Shown in pieces: positions 39,602 through 48,381 of a DNA stretch of 64,000 nucleotides. Position 1 is the stretch's first letter. Each line of letters opens with the position of its first letter. The DNA lies in IMG/VR virus record IMGVR_UViG_3300021090_000723, positions 1 through 64,000 of that record; one strand, given 5' to 3'. Under the pieces are notes generated by a model. It was not told the DNA's origin and did not search any database. It saw only the letters and a program-made list of their open reading frames with translations. Source of the stretch: a virus. Both the position numbers and the translations under genes were made by a program.

Positions 39602-39927
39602 CGATCGTCTACGCCAAGCACGAGCCGTGGGACCACAAGATCGGCGGCATCGTGGCCGACATGCGCCGCCTCGGCCCTCCGACGCTGCGCGCGGTCTACT
39701 ATGGCGGCTTCCACGCGCTTGAAGGATCGCACCGGCTCGCGGCCGCCCACTATCTGTGGCTCACCCCAACCCTGATTATCGAGCCACTGGACGCGCCCGA
39801 CGATGGACTGGCGGCGTTCTGGCTGAAGGCGCGCGATCGTCTGCCTTGGTACGACTTCCAGGGCTTGGTGGTCAGGTGGCCGATCGAAGATATGGGCGGC
39901 CGGTGGTATGGCAGCGCCGGCAGATGA
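39598..39927 (+). CDS. Small ParB/sulfiredoxin-like domain protein
   Basis: MRRLGPPTLRAV...ALEGSHRLAAA. Confidence 0.55.
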   Translation: MTIVYAKHEPWDHKIGGIVADMRRLGPPTLRAVYYGGFHALEGSHRLAAAHYLWLTPTLIIEPLDAPDDGLAAFWLKARDRLPWYDFQGLVVRWPIEDMGGRWYGSAGR

Positions 39928-40567
39928 CCCCAAGGTCCGCGACCCCAGCCCCTGCATCGCCGCCGTCTTCGCGCAGCACCTGCCGCGCGTGGTGGGCAAA
40001 TGCCCATGGTGCGGGCTCGAACAGACCGACCGCACGCCGGTCAAGAAGCTGCTCAAGTTCATGCACAACGCCTGTCAGGCGGAGCTCGACGTCATCAAGA
40101 GTCCCGGCTATGCGCGTTGGCATGTCTGGAAGCGGGACCACGGGATCTGCGCGGAGTGCGGCGACGACTATTCGCAGATGTACCGGTTCGAGCCGGAGCA
40201 CCGCGATCGGATCACCAGGCTTCCCACGATCAGCTACGACATTCACGGCTGGAACACGAAGCACGAGGTCCGGATCGCCTACACCGCGCTCCGCGCCGTC
40301 TCGCTTTGGCACGTCGACCATAAGGTCCCGCTCTGGAAGGTCCGGCACATGCCGCCGCTCCAGCGCGTGGGATACTTCAAGCTCGCGAACCTGGTCACCC
40401 TGTGTGACCGGTGCCACGACAAGAAGACCCGCGAGGAGAACACCGACCGTGGGAAGTCCAAGCGCGCCGTCAAGCCGAAGGACAAGCCGAAAACGAAGTG
40501 GCCGAAGGGCCGGAGACTCCAGGGCCGCGGCTTCTCACGCGGCAAGCGTTCGATGAGAAGGCAATGA
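39908..40567 (+). CDS. HNH endonuclease
   Basis: RDHGICAECG...VDHKVPL...NLVTLCDRCHDKKT. Confidence 0.85.
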   Translation: MAAPADDPKVRDPSPCIAAVFAQHLPRVVGKCPWCGLEQTDRTPVKKLLKFMHNACQAELDVIKSPGYARWHVWKRDHGICAECGDDYSQMYRFEPEHRDRITRLPTISYDIHGWNTKHEVRIAYTALRAVSLWHVDHKVPLWKVRHMPPLQRVGYFKLANLVTLCDRCHDKKTREENTDRGKSKRAVKPKDKPKTKWPKGRRLQGRGFSRGKRSMRRQ

Positions 40568-40622
40568 GCCACCGCACCGTAGCAACCCCACACTTTAGAA
40601 ACCCAATGATTGCGAGCGAGCT

Positions 40623-41444
40623 ATGATAAAAGTCATCTACGGTGAAGGCTTTCCTGCCCGCTTCGAGGCGTCCACGTTCCCAGGCGGAGAACAGCACTTC
40701 CGGTTCAAGTATTTCGTGCAGCACCGGACCTGGGACATCCACACCGCGCTGACCTCGTCCGATGCCATCATGCAGCTGGCCATGGCTGTCGATGCCATCC
40801 GGCAACTCAACCCGCACGCGGATATCAAGCTCACCGCGCCCTATCTGCCCTACGCGCGCCAGGACCGCGTCTGCAATGATGGCGAGGCGCTGGCGCTCAA
40901 GGTCATGTGCCAGATGCTGAACGCGATGCGCTTCAGCGAGGTCGAGATCTGGGACGTTCACAGTCCGGTGTCGCTTGCGCTCCTCGATCGCGTCAGGAAC
41001 ATCCAGGCATCCCGCTTCGTCGATCGCATCGTCTACGAGGACCCGCTCAAGTATGTGCTCGTGGCGCCCGATGCTGGCGCGGTCAGCCGCGTTCGGGAGT
41101 GCGCCAAGCACCGGGGCATGGCCGTGGTGCGCGCGGACAAGATCAGGGACCCGAAGACGGGCGAGATCACCGATACCGTCGTCTATTCGGACCACATCGT
41201 GCACCACAACTTCCTGATCGTGGACGACATCTGCGATGGCGGCGCTACGTTCATCGCGCTGGCAAAGAAGCTCCGCCCACTGACGGACGGCGCCGTGTTG
41301 CTCTATGTGACGCACGGCATCTTCAGCAAGGGCCTGGAGGTCTTCCACGGCCTGATCGACCAGATTTACTGCCCGAACATTTGGCCGGGGGTCTCCATGT
41401 CGGGGAACGCCTCGGGGATTCTGTCACCCATAGGAGACGACTGA
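40623..41444 (+). CDS. Ribose-phosphate pyrophosphokinase-like protein (candidate ADPR-PP synthetase, Adps)
   Basis: FPGGE, PYLPYARQDR, DVHS, APDAGA, IVDDICDGGATF, VTHGIFSKG. Confidence 0.9.
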   Translation: MIKVIYGEGFPARFEASTFPGGEQHFRFKYFVQHRTWDIHTALTSSDAIMQLAMAVDAIRQLNPHADIKLTAPYLPYARQDRVCNDGEALALKVMCQMLNAMRFSEVEIWDVHSPVSLALLDRVRNIQASRFVDRIVYEDPLKYVLVAPDAGAVSRVRECAKHRGMAVVRADKIRDPKTGEITDTVVYSDHIVHHNFLIVDDICDGGATFIALAKKLRPLTDGAVLLYVTHGIFSKGLEVFHGLIDQIYCPNIWPGVSMSGNASGILSPIGDD

Positions 41445-42937
41445 TGCCCTTCGACATCTTCATGCCGCACGCGACCGACTTCTATAAGACCGGCCATATC
41501 CGTCAGTACCCGGAGGGCACGTCGTTCGTCTATTCGAACTGGACATGCCGCTCGGACAAGCACGCGCAGGTGCTGCCCGACTTCGACCACAAGGTGGTGT
41601 TCTTCGGGCTCCAGGGCGTCTGCGACTGGATGCTGAACCAGCAGTGGCGCCGGTCGTTCTTCAACCGCCCGCTTTCCCAGGTCATCCGGCGGATCGAGAA
41701 GCGCATGGACGGCGCGCTCGGCGCAGGCGCCGTCGGCCTGGGGCCGTGGACCGCGCTGCACGGGCTGGGCTATCTGCCGGTCAAGATCAAGGCCGTGCCG
41801 GAGGGGAGCCGGGTGAACGTGCGCGTGCCGGTCTTCACGATCCAGAACACGCTCAACGAGTTCTACTGGGTGACGAACTACCTGGAGACCATGCTATCGG
41901 CGGAACTGTGGAAGCAGATGACCACGGCCACGACGGCCTACGAATACCGGCGCCTGCTCACGCGCTTCGCCCAGGCAACCGGTGCTGATCCAGGTTTCGT
42001 CCCCTGGCAGGGCCACGACTTCAGCATGCGGGGCTTGAGCGGGATATCCGACGCCACCCAGAGCGGCGCTGCGCACCTGACCTCGTTCCTGGGCACGGAC
42101 ACGATCTCCGCGCTGGACTACGTCGAGGAATTCTACGAGGGGGACGAGACCTTCATCGGCGGGTCCGTGCCGGCTACCGAGCACTCTGTCATGTGCATGG
42201 ACGGCGAGGGCAGCGAGATCGACACGTTCCGCCGCCTGATCTGCGAGCTTTACCCCAAGGGCATCGTCTCGATCGTCTCCGACACCTGGGACTTCTGGCG
42301 CGTCATCAACGAATATGCCCGTGAATTGCGGGAGGTAATCCTCAACCGGCAACCCGATGCGACCGGCAACGCCAAGGTGGTCTTCCGCCCCGACAGCGGC
42401 GATCCGGTCAAGGTGCTGGTCGGCGATCCGTCGGAGCCTTTCGGGTCTCCGGCGTTCAAGGGTGCGGTCGAGTGCCTGTGGGATATCTTCGGCGGGACGA
42501 CGAACGCCAAGGCTTATCGCACTCTCGACAAGCATGTCGGGCTGATCTACGGGGACTCGATCAGCCTCCAGCGCGCCCAGGAAATACTCGAGGGCCTGAA
42601 GCGCAAGGGCTTCACGTCCGGCAACGTGGTCTTCGGGCTCGGGTCATATACCTATCAGTATGTTACCAGAGATACGTTCGGCACAGCCATCAAGGCGACG
42701 TTCGGCCGCGTGAAGGGGCAGGACCGCGCCATCGCCAAGAAGCCGAAGACCGACGACGGCGTGAAGTTCTCCGCGCGCGGCCTGCTGCGCGTCGAGCAGG
42801 AGCGCGGCGAATTCGTGCTGCACGAGGACCAGGCCACCGAGCAGGAGGGCCAGGGCGTGCTGGAGACGATGTTCGAGGACGGGATTCTCGTGCGCCGCGA
42901 GAAGTTCTCGGACATTCGCAAGCGCCTCTGGCCGTGA
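41444..42937 (+). CDS. Nicotinamide phosphoribosyltransferase-like protein (candidate Namat)
   Basis: TDFYKTGH..QYP, GHDFSMRG, SVPATEHSVM, SIVSDTWD, RPDSGDP, YGDSI, G.GSYTYQYVTRDT; TGATG-coupled to the PRPS-like gene. Confidence 0.92.
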   Translation: MPFDIFMPHATDFYKTGHIRQYPEGTSFVYSNWTCRSDKHAQVLPDFDHKVVFFGLQGVCDWMLNQQWRRSFFNRPLSQVIRRIEKRMDGALGAGAVGLGPWTALHGLGYLPVKIKAVPEGSRVNVRVPVFTIQNTLNEFYWVTNYLETMLSAELWKQMTTATTAYEYRRLLTRFAQATGADPGFVPWQGHDFSMRGLSGISDATQSGAAHLTSFLGTDTISALDYVEEFYEGDETFIGGSVPATEHSVMCMDGEGSEIDTFRRLICELYPKGIVSIVSDTWDFWRVINEYARELREVILNRQPDATGNAKVVFRPDSGDPVKVLVGDPSEPFGSPAFKGAVECLWDIFGGTTNAKAYRTLDKHVGLIYGDSISLQRAQEILEGLKRKGFTSGNVVFGLGSYTYQYVTRDTFGTAIKATFGRVKGQDRAIAKKPKTDDGVKFSARGLLRVEQERGEFVLHEDQATEQEGQGVLETMFEDGILVRREKFSDIRKRLWP

Positions 42938-43055
42938 ACTGGAATTCCTACTGGGTCCCATCACCATTGCGTCCGCTGTTCGTGCGGTTTAGGCGCTGGT
43001 GGTGGGCCCGCAAGCCGCGGAACGCCCACTATCGCGCGATGAGAAAGAAGCTTCG

Positions 43056-44921
43056 ATGACCCTACCGATCCCAGACGCAGCGCTCGCCCGGCACATCGCG
43101 GTCGTGGGCGAAACCGGAAGCGGCAAGACGCACGACACCAAGGCGGTGATCGAGTATGTCGTGGCGCAGGGCCACCGGGTGTGCGTGCTCGACACGATCA
43201 AGTCCGACTGGTGGGGCATCACGTCGAGCGCCAGCGGGAAGAAGCCCGGCTTGCCGTTCACGATCCTGGGCGGTCCGCGCGGGCACGTGCCCCTTCTGGC
43301 GAACTCCGGCAAGGCCATCGGCCAGCTGGTCGGCGAGGGCAAGCTCCGGCTCTCGATCATCGATATGGCGGACTTCGAGCCGGGCGGGCCCCAGCGATTC
43401 TTCGAACACTTCGCGCAGTCGCTGTGGAAACACATCAAGGGCGTCGTCTACCTCGTGATCGAGGAAGCCCACGAGATTGCGCCGAAGGAACGGGCCGGAT
43501 TCGAGAAAGAGAACATGGCCATCCACTGGGCGAAGAAGCTCGCGACCGGGAGCCGGAGCAAGGGCATCCGCCTGATTATCGCCTCGCAGCGGACCCAGGC
43601 GGTGCACAATGCGCTGCTCGGCAGCTGCAAAACGCTGATGGCGCACAGCCTATCGCTGCCGGCGGATCAGAAGCCGATCATCGACTGGCTGAAGGCGAAC
43701 GTCCGCGACGGCAGGCTCCGCGACAACATCGAGCGCGACCTGGCGTTTCTGCCGACCGGCACGGCCTGGGTGTGCAGCGCCAAGGACGAGTTCTTCAAGA
43801 AGGTCCATTTCCCGAAGATCGAGACATTCGACAATACGGCCACGCCAGATTTGGATGCCGACGAAGTCGAGGTTGAGACGGCGCCGGTCGATCACGAGGA
43901 ACTCAAGGCCATCATCGGCGAGGCGGTCAAGGAGGCCCTGGCGAACGACCCGAAGGCGCTCAAGGCAGAGATCGCCAAGCTGAGGATCGAGCTTGCGAAG
44001 AAACCGGGCGTGTCCATTTCTTCGCCCTCAAATGAGGCGGCAAAAACGAACATGGCCGCACTGCGGGCCGAACTCCAGAAGGGTGTGGACGAGGGCTACG
44101 GCCACGGCTTTGGCCGCGGCTATGCCGAGGGCCTGATGGATGGCTACAAGAACGCCGCAACCGAGATCGGCGTGGCCCACCAGGATCTGGCGCGCCGGGC
44201 ATCCGATGCGGTCGCGCGCTACAAGGAGATCGAGAGGGCGCAACGATCGCGCTTCGGCCAACACAAGCGGGTTCCCGAAACCCCCGTTCCAGCACAAGCG
44301 CCGTACACAAAGCCGGCTCCGGTGATCGACGCCAAGGACGGGTTCGCCCCATCCCTCACGACGCGCCCAGATTTCCAGGAGGCGCAGCGGCAAGAGACCG
44401 CCCGGATACGTGGCCTGCTTCAGAACGGGGAGGTTCAGATCACTGGCGCGGGCCAGCGCATCCTCGATGGTCTGGCGGAGCTCGAAGCGCTTGGCGTCAG
44501 CCAGGCGCCGCGCGTGCTGGTCGCGTTCCTCGCGGGCTATTCCCACCTACAGAGCAAGGGCTTCGTCAACGCGATCGGCGCGATCCGCTCGGCGGGGATG
44601 GTCGAATATACCGGGGATGGCGCGGTCTTCCTGACCGATGCCGGCCGCGTCGCCGCCCATCCGCCGGAGGTGGCGCTCACGACGCAGGACGTCCAGAAGC
44701 GCATCATGGATCTGCTCGGTGGCGCGTCGTCCAAGATCCTTGCGCCGCTGATCGAGGCCTACCCCGACAGCCTGCCACGCGAAGAGGTCGCGCAGCACGC
44801 CGGATACGGGCACCTTGGGAGCAAGGGGTTCGTGAACGCGCTGGGCCGGATGAAGACGCTCGGGTTCGTGGAATACCCGCAGCAAGGCCGCGTCCGCGCG
44901 AGCGATCTGCTATTTCCATAG
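43056..44921 (+). CDS. HerA/FtsK-superfamily (DUF87-like) ATPase with tandem C-terminal wHTH
   Basis: Walker A GETGSGKT; Walker B LVIEEAHE; ASQR; duplicated AGY.HL.SKGFVNA.G...G.VEY. Confidence 0.8.
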   Translation: MTLPIPDAALARHIAVVGETGSGKTHDTKAVIEYVVAQGHRVCVLDTIKSDWWGITSSASGKKPGLPFTILGGPRGHVPLLANSGKAIGQLVGEGKLRLSIIDMADFEPGGPQRFFEHFAQSLWKHIKGVVYLVIEEAHEIAPKERAGFEKENMAIHWAKKLATGSRSKGIRLIIASQRTQAVHNALLGSCKTLMAHSLSLPADQKPIIDWLKANVRDGRLRDNIERDLAFLPTGTAWVCSAKDEFFKKVHFPKIETFDNTATPDLDADEVEVETAPVDHEELKAIIGEAVKEALANDPKALKAEIAKLRIELAKKPGVSISSPSNEAAKTNMAALRAELQKGVDEGYGHGFGRGYAEGLMDGYKNAATEIGVAHQDLARRASDAVARYKEIERAQRSRFGQHKRVPETPVPAQAPYTKPAPVIDAKDGFAPSLTTRPDFQEAQRQETARIRGLLQNGEVQITGAGQRILDGLAELEALGVSQAPRVLVAFLAGYSHLQSKGFVNAIGAIRSAGMVEYTGDGAVFLTDAGRVAAHPPEVALTTQDVQKRIMDLLGGASSKILAPLIEAYPDSLPREEVAQHAGYGHLGSKGFVNALGRMKTLGFVEYPQQGRVRASDLLFP

Positions 44922-44930
44922 GAGGACCGC

Positions 44931-45248
44931 ATGGTTGTTGACCTGAAGAAGCACGCCGAGCCCCGCTGTGGGAACTGCAAGCATGCCACCCCGCGCGATG
45001 GTGGTGATCCGGAGAAGAAGGGCTATCTCTGCCGCCGCTTCCCGCCCCAGGTGCAGCTGGTCCCGCTGTGCCCGGCGGTGATCCTGCCATACGTGCTCGA
45101 GATCGCCCCGGCGCCGGCGGCGCTGAAGGAGGCGGTCGCCGAGTTCAAGGGACTGCCGGTCTTCTACCCCCTGGTCAACTTCCCAGGCGTGGCGGGCGGC
45201 GATGTGTGTGGAGAGCACACCCCGGCACTTATGAGGGCGATGAACTGA
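44931..45248 (+). CDS. Four-Cys phage protein
   Basis: CGNC, LCRRFPP, FP...CGEH; GGAGG RBS. Confidence 0.65.
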   Translation: MVVDLKKHAEPRCGNCKHATPRDGGDPEKKGYLCRRFPPQVQLVPLCPAVILPYVLEIAPAPAALKEAVAEFKGLPVFYPLVNFPGVAGGDVCGEHTPALMRAMN

Positions 45249-45526
45249 TGCCCGAGCCATGGTCGAAAGACAAACGCGCCCAGGTCGCGCGCAAGGTCAC
45301 CAAGGAGGCGGCGCGCGCGGCCGGACGGCTGGGCGCGAAGGCGGTGATGATGATCGCGTTCTTCCCGGAGGGCCGGGAGCATTTCCACATCATCGAAGGT
45401 GGTGTAATGCCTGGGTCGTCGGATGCGACATCGCCTCAAGACGCCAAGCGCAAGTTCTACCTGCAAATGGCGTCGATGTGCGAAGTGCTCGACCAGAACG
45501 ACGGGGAAGACGTCGCACTGAACTGA
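45248..45526 (+). CDS. Hypothetical protein
   Basis: TGATG-coupled ORF starting MPEPWSKDK. Confidence 0.55.
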   Translation: MPEPWSKDKRAQVARKVTKEAARAAGRLGAKAVMMIAFFPEGREHFHIIEGGVMPGSSDATSPQDAKRKFYLQMASMCEVLDQNDGEDVALN

Positions 45527-45580
45527 AAGGATGGTGATGGATAACACGCAGTCGCAAAGAAGGAATTCAGCGAAATGCTA

Positions 45581-45610
45581 GAGCCCCGGGGGTCCTTTTA
45601 CCCGGGGCTC
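45581..45610. terminator. GC-rich hairpin (terminator or leader structure)
   Basis: GAGCCCCGGG-N10-CCCGGGGCTC perfect 10-bp stem; no clear U-tract. Confidence 0.45.
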
Positions 45611-45627
45611 ACTCACCGGAGGAACCC

Positions 45628-45870
45628 ATGCCATTTCCCAAGATTGACGACATCAAGCGCGGCGACAAGCTGATCGCCGATGGCGGCTTCACTTGCATCG
45701 ATGAAGACGAAGTCCTCGAAGTCATGGAGGATGAGGGCGGCCTCTACGTGTTCTGCCGCGGCGAGGACGGGCTCCACGGGCCCGGCAATCACCACTACCT
45801 GGAAGGTCAGGTCGATGACGACGACGGCGCGTGCGTAGGCTTCAAGTTCGCCCCGAAGGTCACTGCGTAA
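45628..45870 (+). CDS. Small acidic hypothetical protein
   Basis: GGAGG RBS; GDKLIADGGFTC...LYVFC..G..HYL.GQ. Confidence 0.7.
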   Translation: MPFPKIDDIKRGDKLIADGGFTCIDEDEVLEVMEDEGGLYVFCRGEDGLHGPGNHHYLEGQVDDDDGACVGFKFAPKVTA

Positions 45871-46273
45871 CCAGGTGCAGCCAGAAGCCAGTGCTACCGA
45901 TCACGGCGATCGCCACAAGGTAGGCCGCCGAGTTGAGCGCCACGCGCCGCACCGGCACATCGAACCGGAAGGCGGCCCAAGCAGTCAACGCGAGATAGTG
46001 GGCCACCGTGATAACCACGATCCCGATGAACACGGTGCTGATCGAGCCATGGAACTCGCCTGGCATCGCGATCATGATGTAGCCGCTGTTGATGTTCGTG
46101 AACCCCGCGCCCAGCGCGAAGAGCCAGACGGCGGCGCCCAGGCGGTCCTCCGTCCCTCGGCCATGGAGGAATTCATAGATCCGCGCTGAAAAGCCGTAGA
46201 CCACGCCCAAGGTCAGCGCCATCAAGACGCACCTTAAGCCGAACAGGGCCACCAGCATGCTAGTTGTCACCAT
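45860..46273 (-). CDS. Four-TM membrane protein at the end of the lysis operon
   Basis: Four hydrophobic segments. Confidence 0.6.
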   Translation of the reverse strand: MVTTSMLVALFGLRCVLMALTLGVVYGFSARIYEFLHGRGTEDRLGAAVWLFALGAGFTNINSGYIMIAMPGEFHGSISTVFIGIVVITVAHYLALTAWAAFRFDVPVRRVALNSAAYLVAIAVIGSTGFWLHLVTQ

Positions 46274-46442
46274 TGCCGCCTAAGGCCTCCCTGAGCATCT
46301 TCCGTTCGCGGATGCGCCGGATGTCTTCTACGAGCTCATCCTTCTGCCGCTCGACGGAGTGCACGATGCGATCGAGGGATTGCTCCTTCTGGGCCTCCTG
46401 GGCCAACTCCCCCGCGGTCTTCCGTTTGAAGATGCTGAACAT
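46260..46442 (-). CDS. Small coiled-coil protein
   Basis: MFSIFKRK...; part of the lysis operon chain. Confidence 0.5.
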   Translation of the reverse strand: MFSIFKRKTAGELAQEAQKEQSLDRIVHSVERQKDELVEDIRRIRERKMLREALGGNGDN

Positions 46443-46447
46443 CGATC

Positions 46448-46651
46448 TCAGCCTTTCACTGCGGCTCTGAGTTCCGCGAGAACCTGAGCCGTTGACGACC
46501 CCAAAGAGATAACCTGATCGGTCAGCTTTTCGATCCGAGCGTCCTTCTGCTCGATGACCCTCTGCTGGGTCCGGATGATCCACCACGCGAGCACTGCCGC
46601 TGGCGCGAACGCGCCGAGAGACGGCAGGATCGTTTGAAAAATTTGGTCCAT
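46448..46651 (-). CDS. Holin-like single-TM protein
   Basis: N-terminal TM followed by a coiled coil; GGGAG RBS; lysis context. Confidence 0.5.
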   Translation of the reverse strand: MDQIFQTILPSLGAFAPAAVLAWWIIRTQQRVIEQKDARIEKLTDQVISLGSSTAQVLAELRAAVKG

Positions 46652-46654
46652 TAC

Positions 46655-46963
46655 TCACTCCCTCGAACACGCCTGGATCTGGATTTCGTCGAGGGCAAGC
46701 CACGTCCGGTAAATCCCCCGCGCGGCCCTGTAGATTTTTCCAAGCGTTTCGAAGTCGCCATCGGGCACTGCGGCGAGGTCTTCGTCATCGTCAGGCAAGT
46801 CTTGAGTGCGCGGCGGCCGGCGGTCGGGGCAGACCCGCTGCTCGACGCGGGGGACCTCCACGCGGATGACCTCCGCGGGCGGGCGTTCGGGCGTCGGCGG
46901 GGTTTGGCAGGCCGCTGATGCAAAAACGGCCGCAATTATGCAGAACCTATGCAAATTATTCAC
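46655..46963 (-). CDS. o-spanin-like lipoprotein (Rz1-like)
   Basis: Signal peptide with lipobox FASAAC; Pro-rich; second Cys; follows the i-spanin. Confidence 0.7.
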   Translation of the reverse strand: MNNLHRFCIIAAVFASAACQTPPTPERPPAEVIRVEVPRVEQRVCPDRRPPRTQDLPDDDEDLAAVPDGDFETLGKIYRAARGIYRTWLALDEIQIQACSRE

Positions 46964-47403
46964 GGCAAGGCCCCCCGGAGATACTTCTCGCCCGCGGAAC
47001 ATGAAGCGAGCGTGCCTGGGGTGGTCACCGTCGGGCGGGCCAGGATCAGGGCGGAGTTATCGAGCGCACCCTTGGCCTGCTTGGCCGTGGCCGCCATGCT
47101 CTTCTGAAGCCCCTCGTCCCTGGCCTTATCGCCGTCCTCGCGGTCCTTGGCGTTCTTGTCGACGTCGGCGATGGCCTCGCGCAGGCCGGTGGTGTTCGTC
47201 AGGCACTGGGTGACCTGGCGGGTGTAGCCGGTGTCCGGGTTCTCGATCCGCTCCTTGTAGCTGTCGCGATCTGCTTCAATTAACGAGATCCGCCAGGACC
47301 ACACGCCCCACTGCACGGCGTTCCCGATGAGCGCACCGAGGGCAATGATGCCGAAGAGCGGACCAGCGATTGGCCCGATGAAGAACTTCAGCAGCGCAGT
47401 CAT
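46960..47403 (-). CDS. i-spanin-like protein (Rz-like)
   Basis: N-terminal TM, periplasmic coiled coil, C-terminal Cys. Confidence 0.7.
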   Translation of the reverse strand: MTALLKFFIGPIAGPLFGIIALGALIGNAVQWGVWSWRISLIEADRDSYKERIENPDTGYTRQVTQCLTNTTGLREAIADVDKNAKDREDGDKARDEGLQKSMAATAKQAKGALDNSALILARPTVTTPGTLASCSAGEKYLRGALP

Positions 47404-47621
47404 CCGGGGATGAGCTTCGCCACCGCAATGGCGCCCGCGAGCAGGCCGACACCGACGGCGGCGCCGACGATGGGCCCAACGGTCGCGACGGCCGTGGTCG
47501 TGAGCGCGCCGATCACAACGCCGCCCCAGAATCCGGTGAGCGGGTGCTTTTTGATGTACTGGCGGAAGAAGCCCCACTCTTCATCGAACTTCTTCTGCGC
47601 CTCACCTGTGTTCAGCGACAT
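47400..47621 (-). CDS. Small membrane protein, holin candidate
   Basis: Two Gly/Ala-rich TM segments; AAGGAGG RBS; directly after the endolysin. Confidence 0.55.
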   Translation of the reverse strand: MSLNTGEAQKKFDEEWGFFRQYIKKHPLTGFWGGVVIGALTTTAVATVGPIVGAAVGVGLLAGAIAVAKLIPG

Positions 47622-47623
47622 GG

Positions 47624-48169
47624 TCAGACCTCCTTGTTGGGCGAATCGCCGCCCGCGATCATGCCGGTCACGATGTGGACCGGCTTCACTTCCGTTGGCT
47701 GGAGCTTGTAGATCGGACGACGGCAGGCATGGAGCCGCGCCTTCTCCTTCGCGACGATCGTCACGGCATCGCCCTGGTTCCCGCCCAGGCAATAGAAGCG
47801 CGTCTCGTCCTCGCCGACATACAGCGCCACGTGGCCGCCGCCTTGCCGCTGGAACGTGAGCACGTCACCGAGCGATGGCTCCGGCGAGGCCACGCCGAAG
47901 GTCGCCCAGGACAGCGCGCGCAGCGGGACGGCGGGCGGGTTCTTGCCTGCGCGCTTGGCGATCAGCGCCATGAAGAGGCCGCACCACGGGACATCGTCGC
48001 CCGTGTAGCCGGCGTGATCGAGCCCGGTCTCTTTCGCCCACGCCATGATGGTCGGGTTGTTGCCCGGGCCAGGCGTCTCCAGGGTTCCGTAGAGCTTGAC
48101 GGCATGGACGACCATCAAGGGGCCGGTCAGGGCTGCGAGCCACGCGAATTGGGATGGCAGGGTGCTCAA
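47624..48169 (-). CDS. Endolysin, TIGR02594/NlpC-P60 (CHAP-like) family
   Basis: E.PG..NNPTI..WA, DDVPWCGLF, GGGHVALY, LGGNQGD. Confidence 0.85.
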   Translation of the reverse strand: MSTLPSQFAWLAALTGPLMVVHAVKLYGTLETPGPGNNPTIMAWAKETGLDHAGYTGDDVPWCGLFMALIAKRAGKNPPAVPLRALSWATFGVASPEPSLGDVLTFQRQGGGHVALYVGEDETRFYCLGGNQGDAVTIVAKEKARLHACRRPIYKLQPTEVKPVHIVTGMIAGGDSPNKEV

Positions 48170-48285
48170 GGCGGCTTTTCCTCACAGGTTTTGAGGGAAG
48201 CCGACGGACGAGCGCCGACGCGAACAATGACAACTTATCAGGCCCATGGGACCGTTGGTAGAGGGCGGCGTGATTCGCACCAGGG

Positions 48286-48381
48286 ATGGCGATGCGCCTG
48301 TACGATTATTGCGTGTGGCTCGTGTTCGGGGGACCGCTTCTTCTCGCGATCCTGGTCGGCCTCATCAAGGTCTTCGCCTAG
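48286..48381 (+). CDS. 31-aa hydrophobic peptide antisense to the late operon
   Basis: MAMRLYDYCVWLVFGGPLLLAILVGLIKVFA; single TM; overlaps the last codons of the giant gene. Confidence 0.4.
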   Translation: MAMRLYDYCVWLVFGGPLLLAILVGLIKVFA

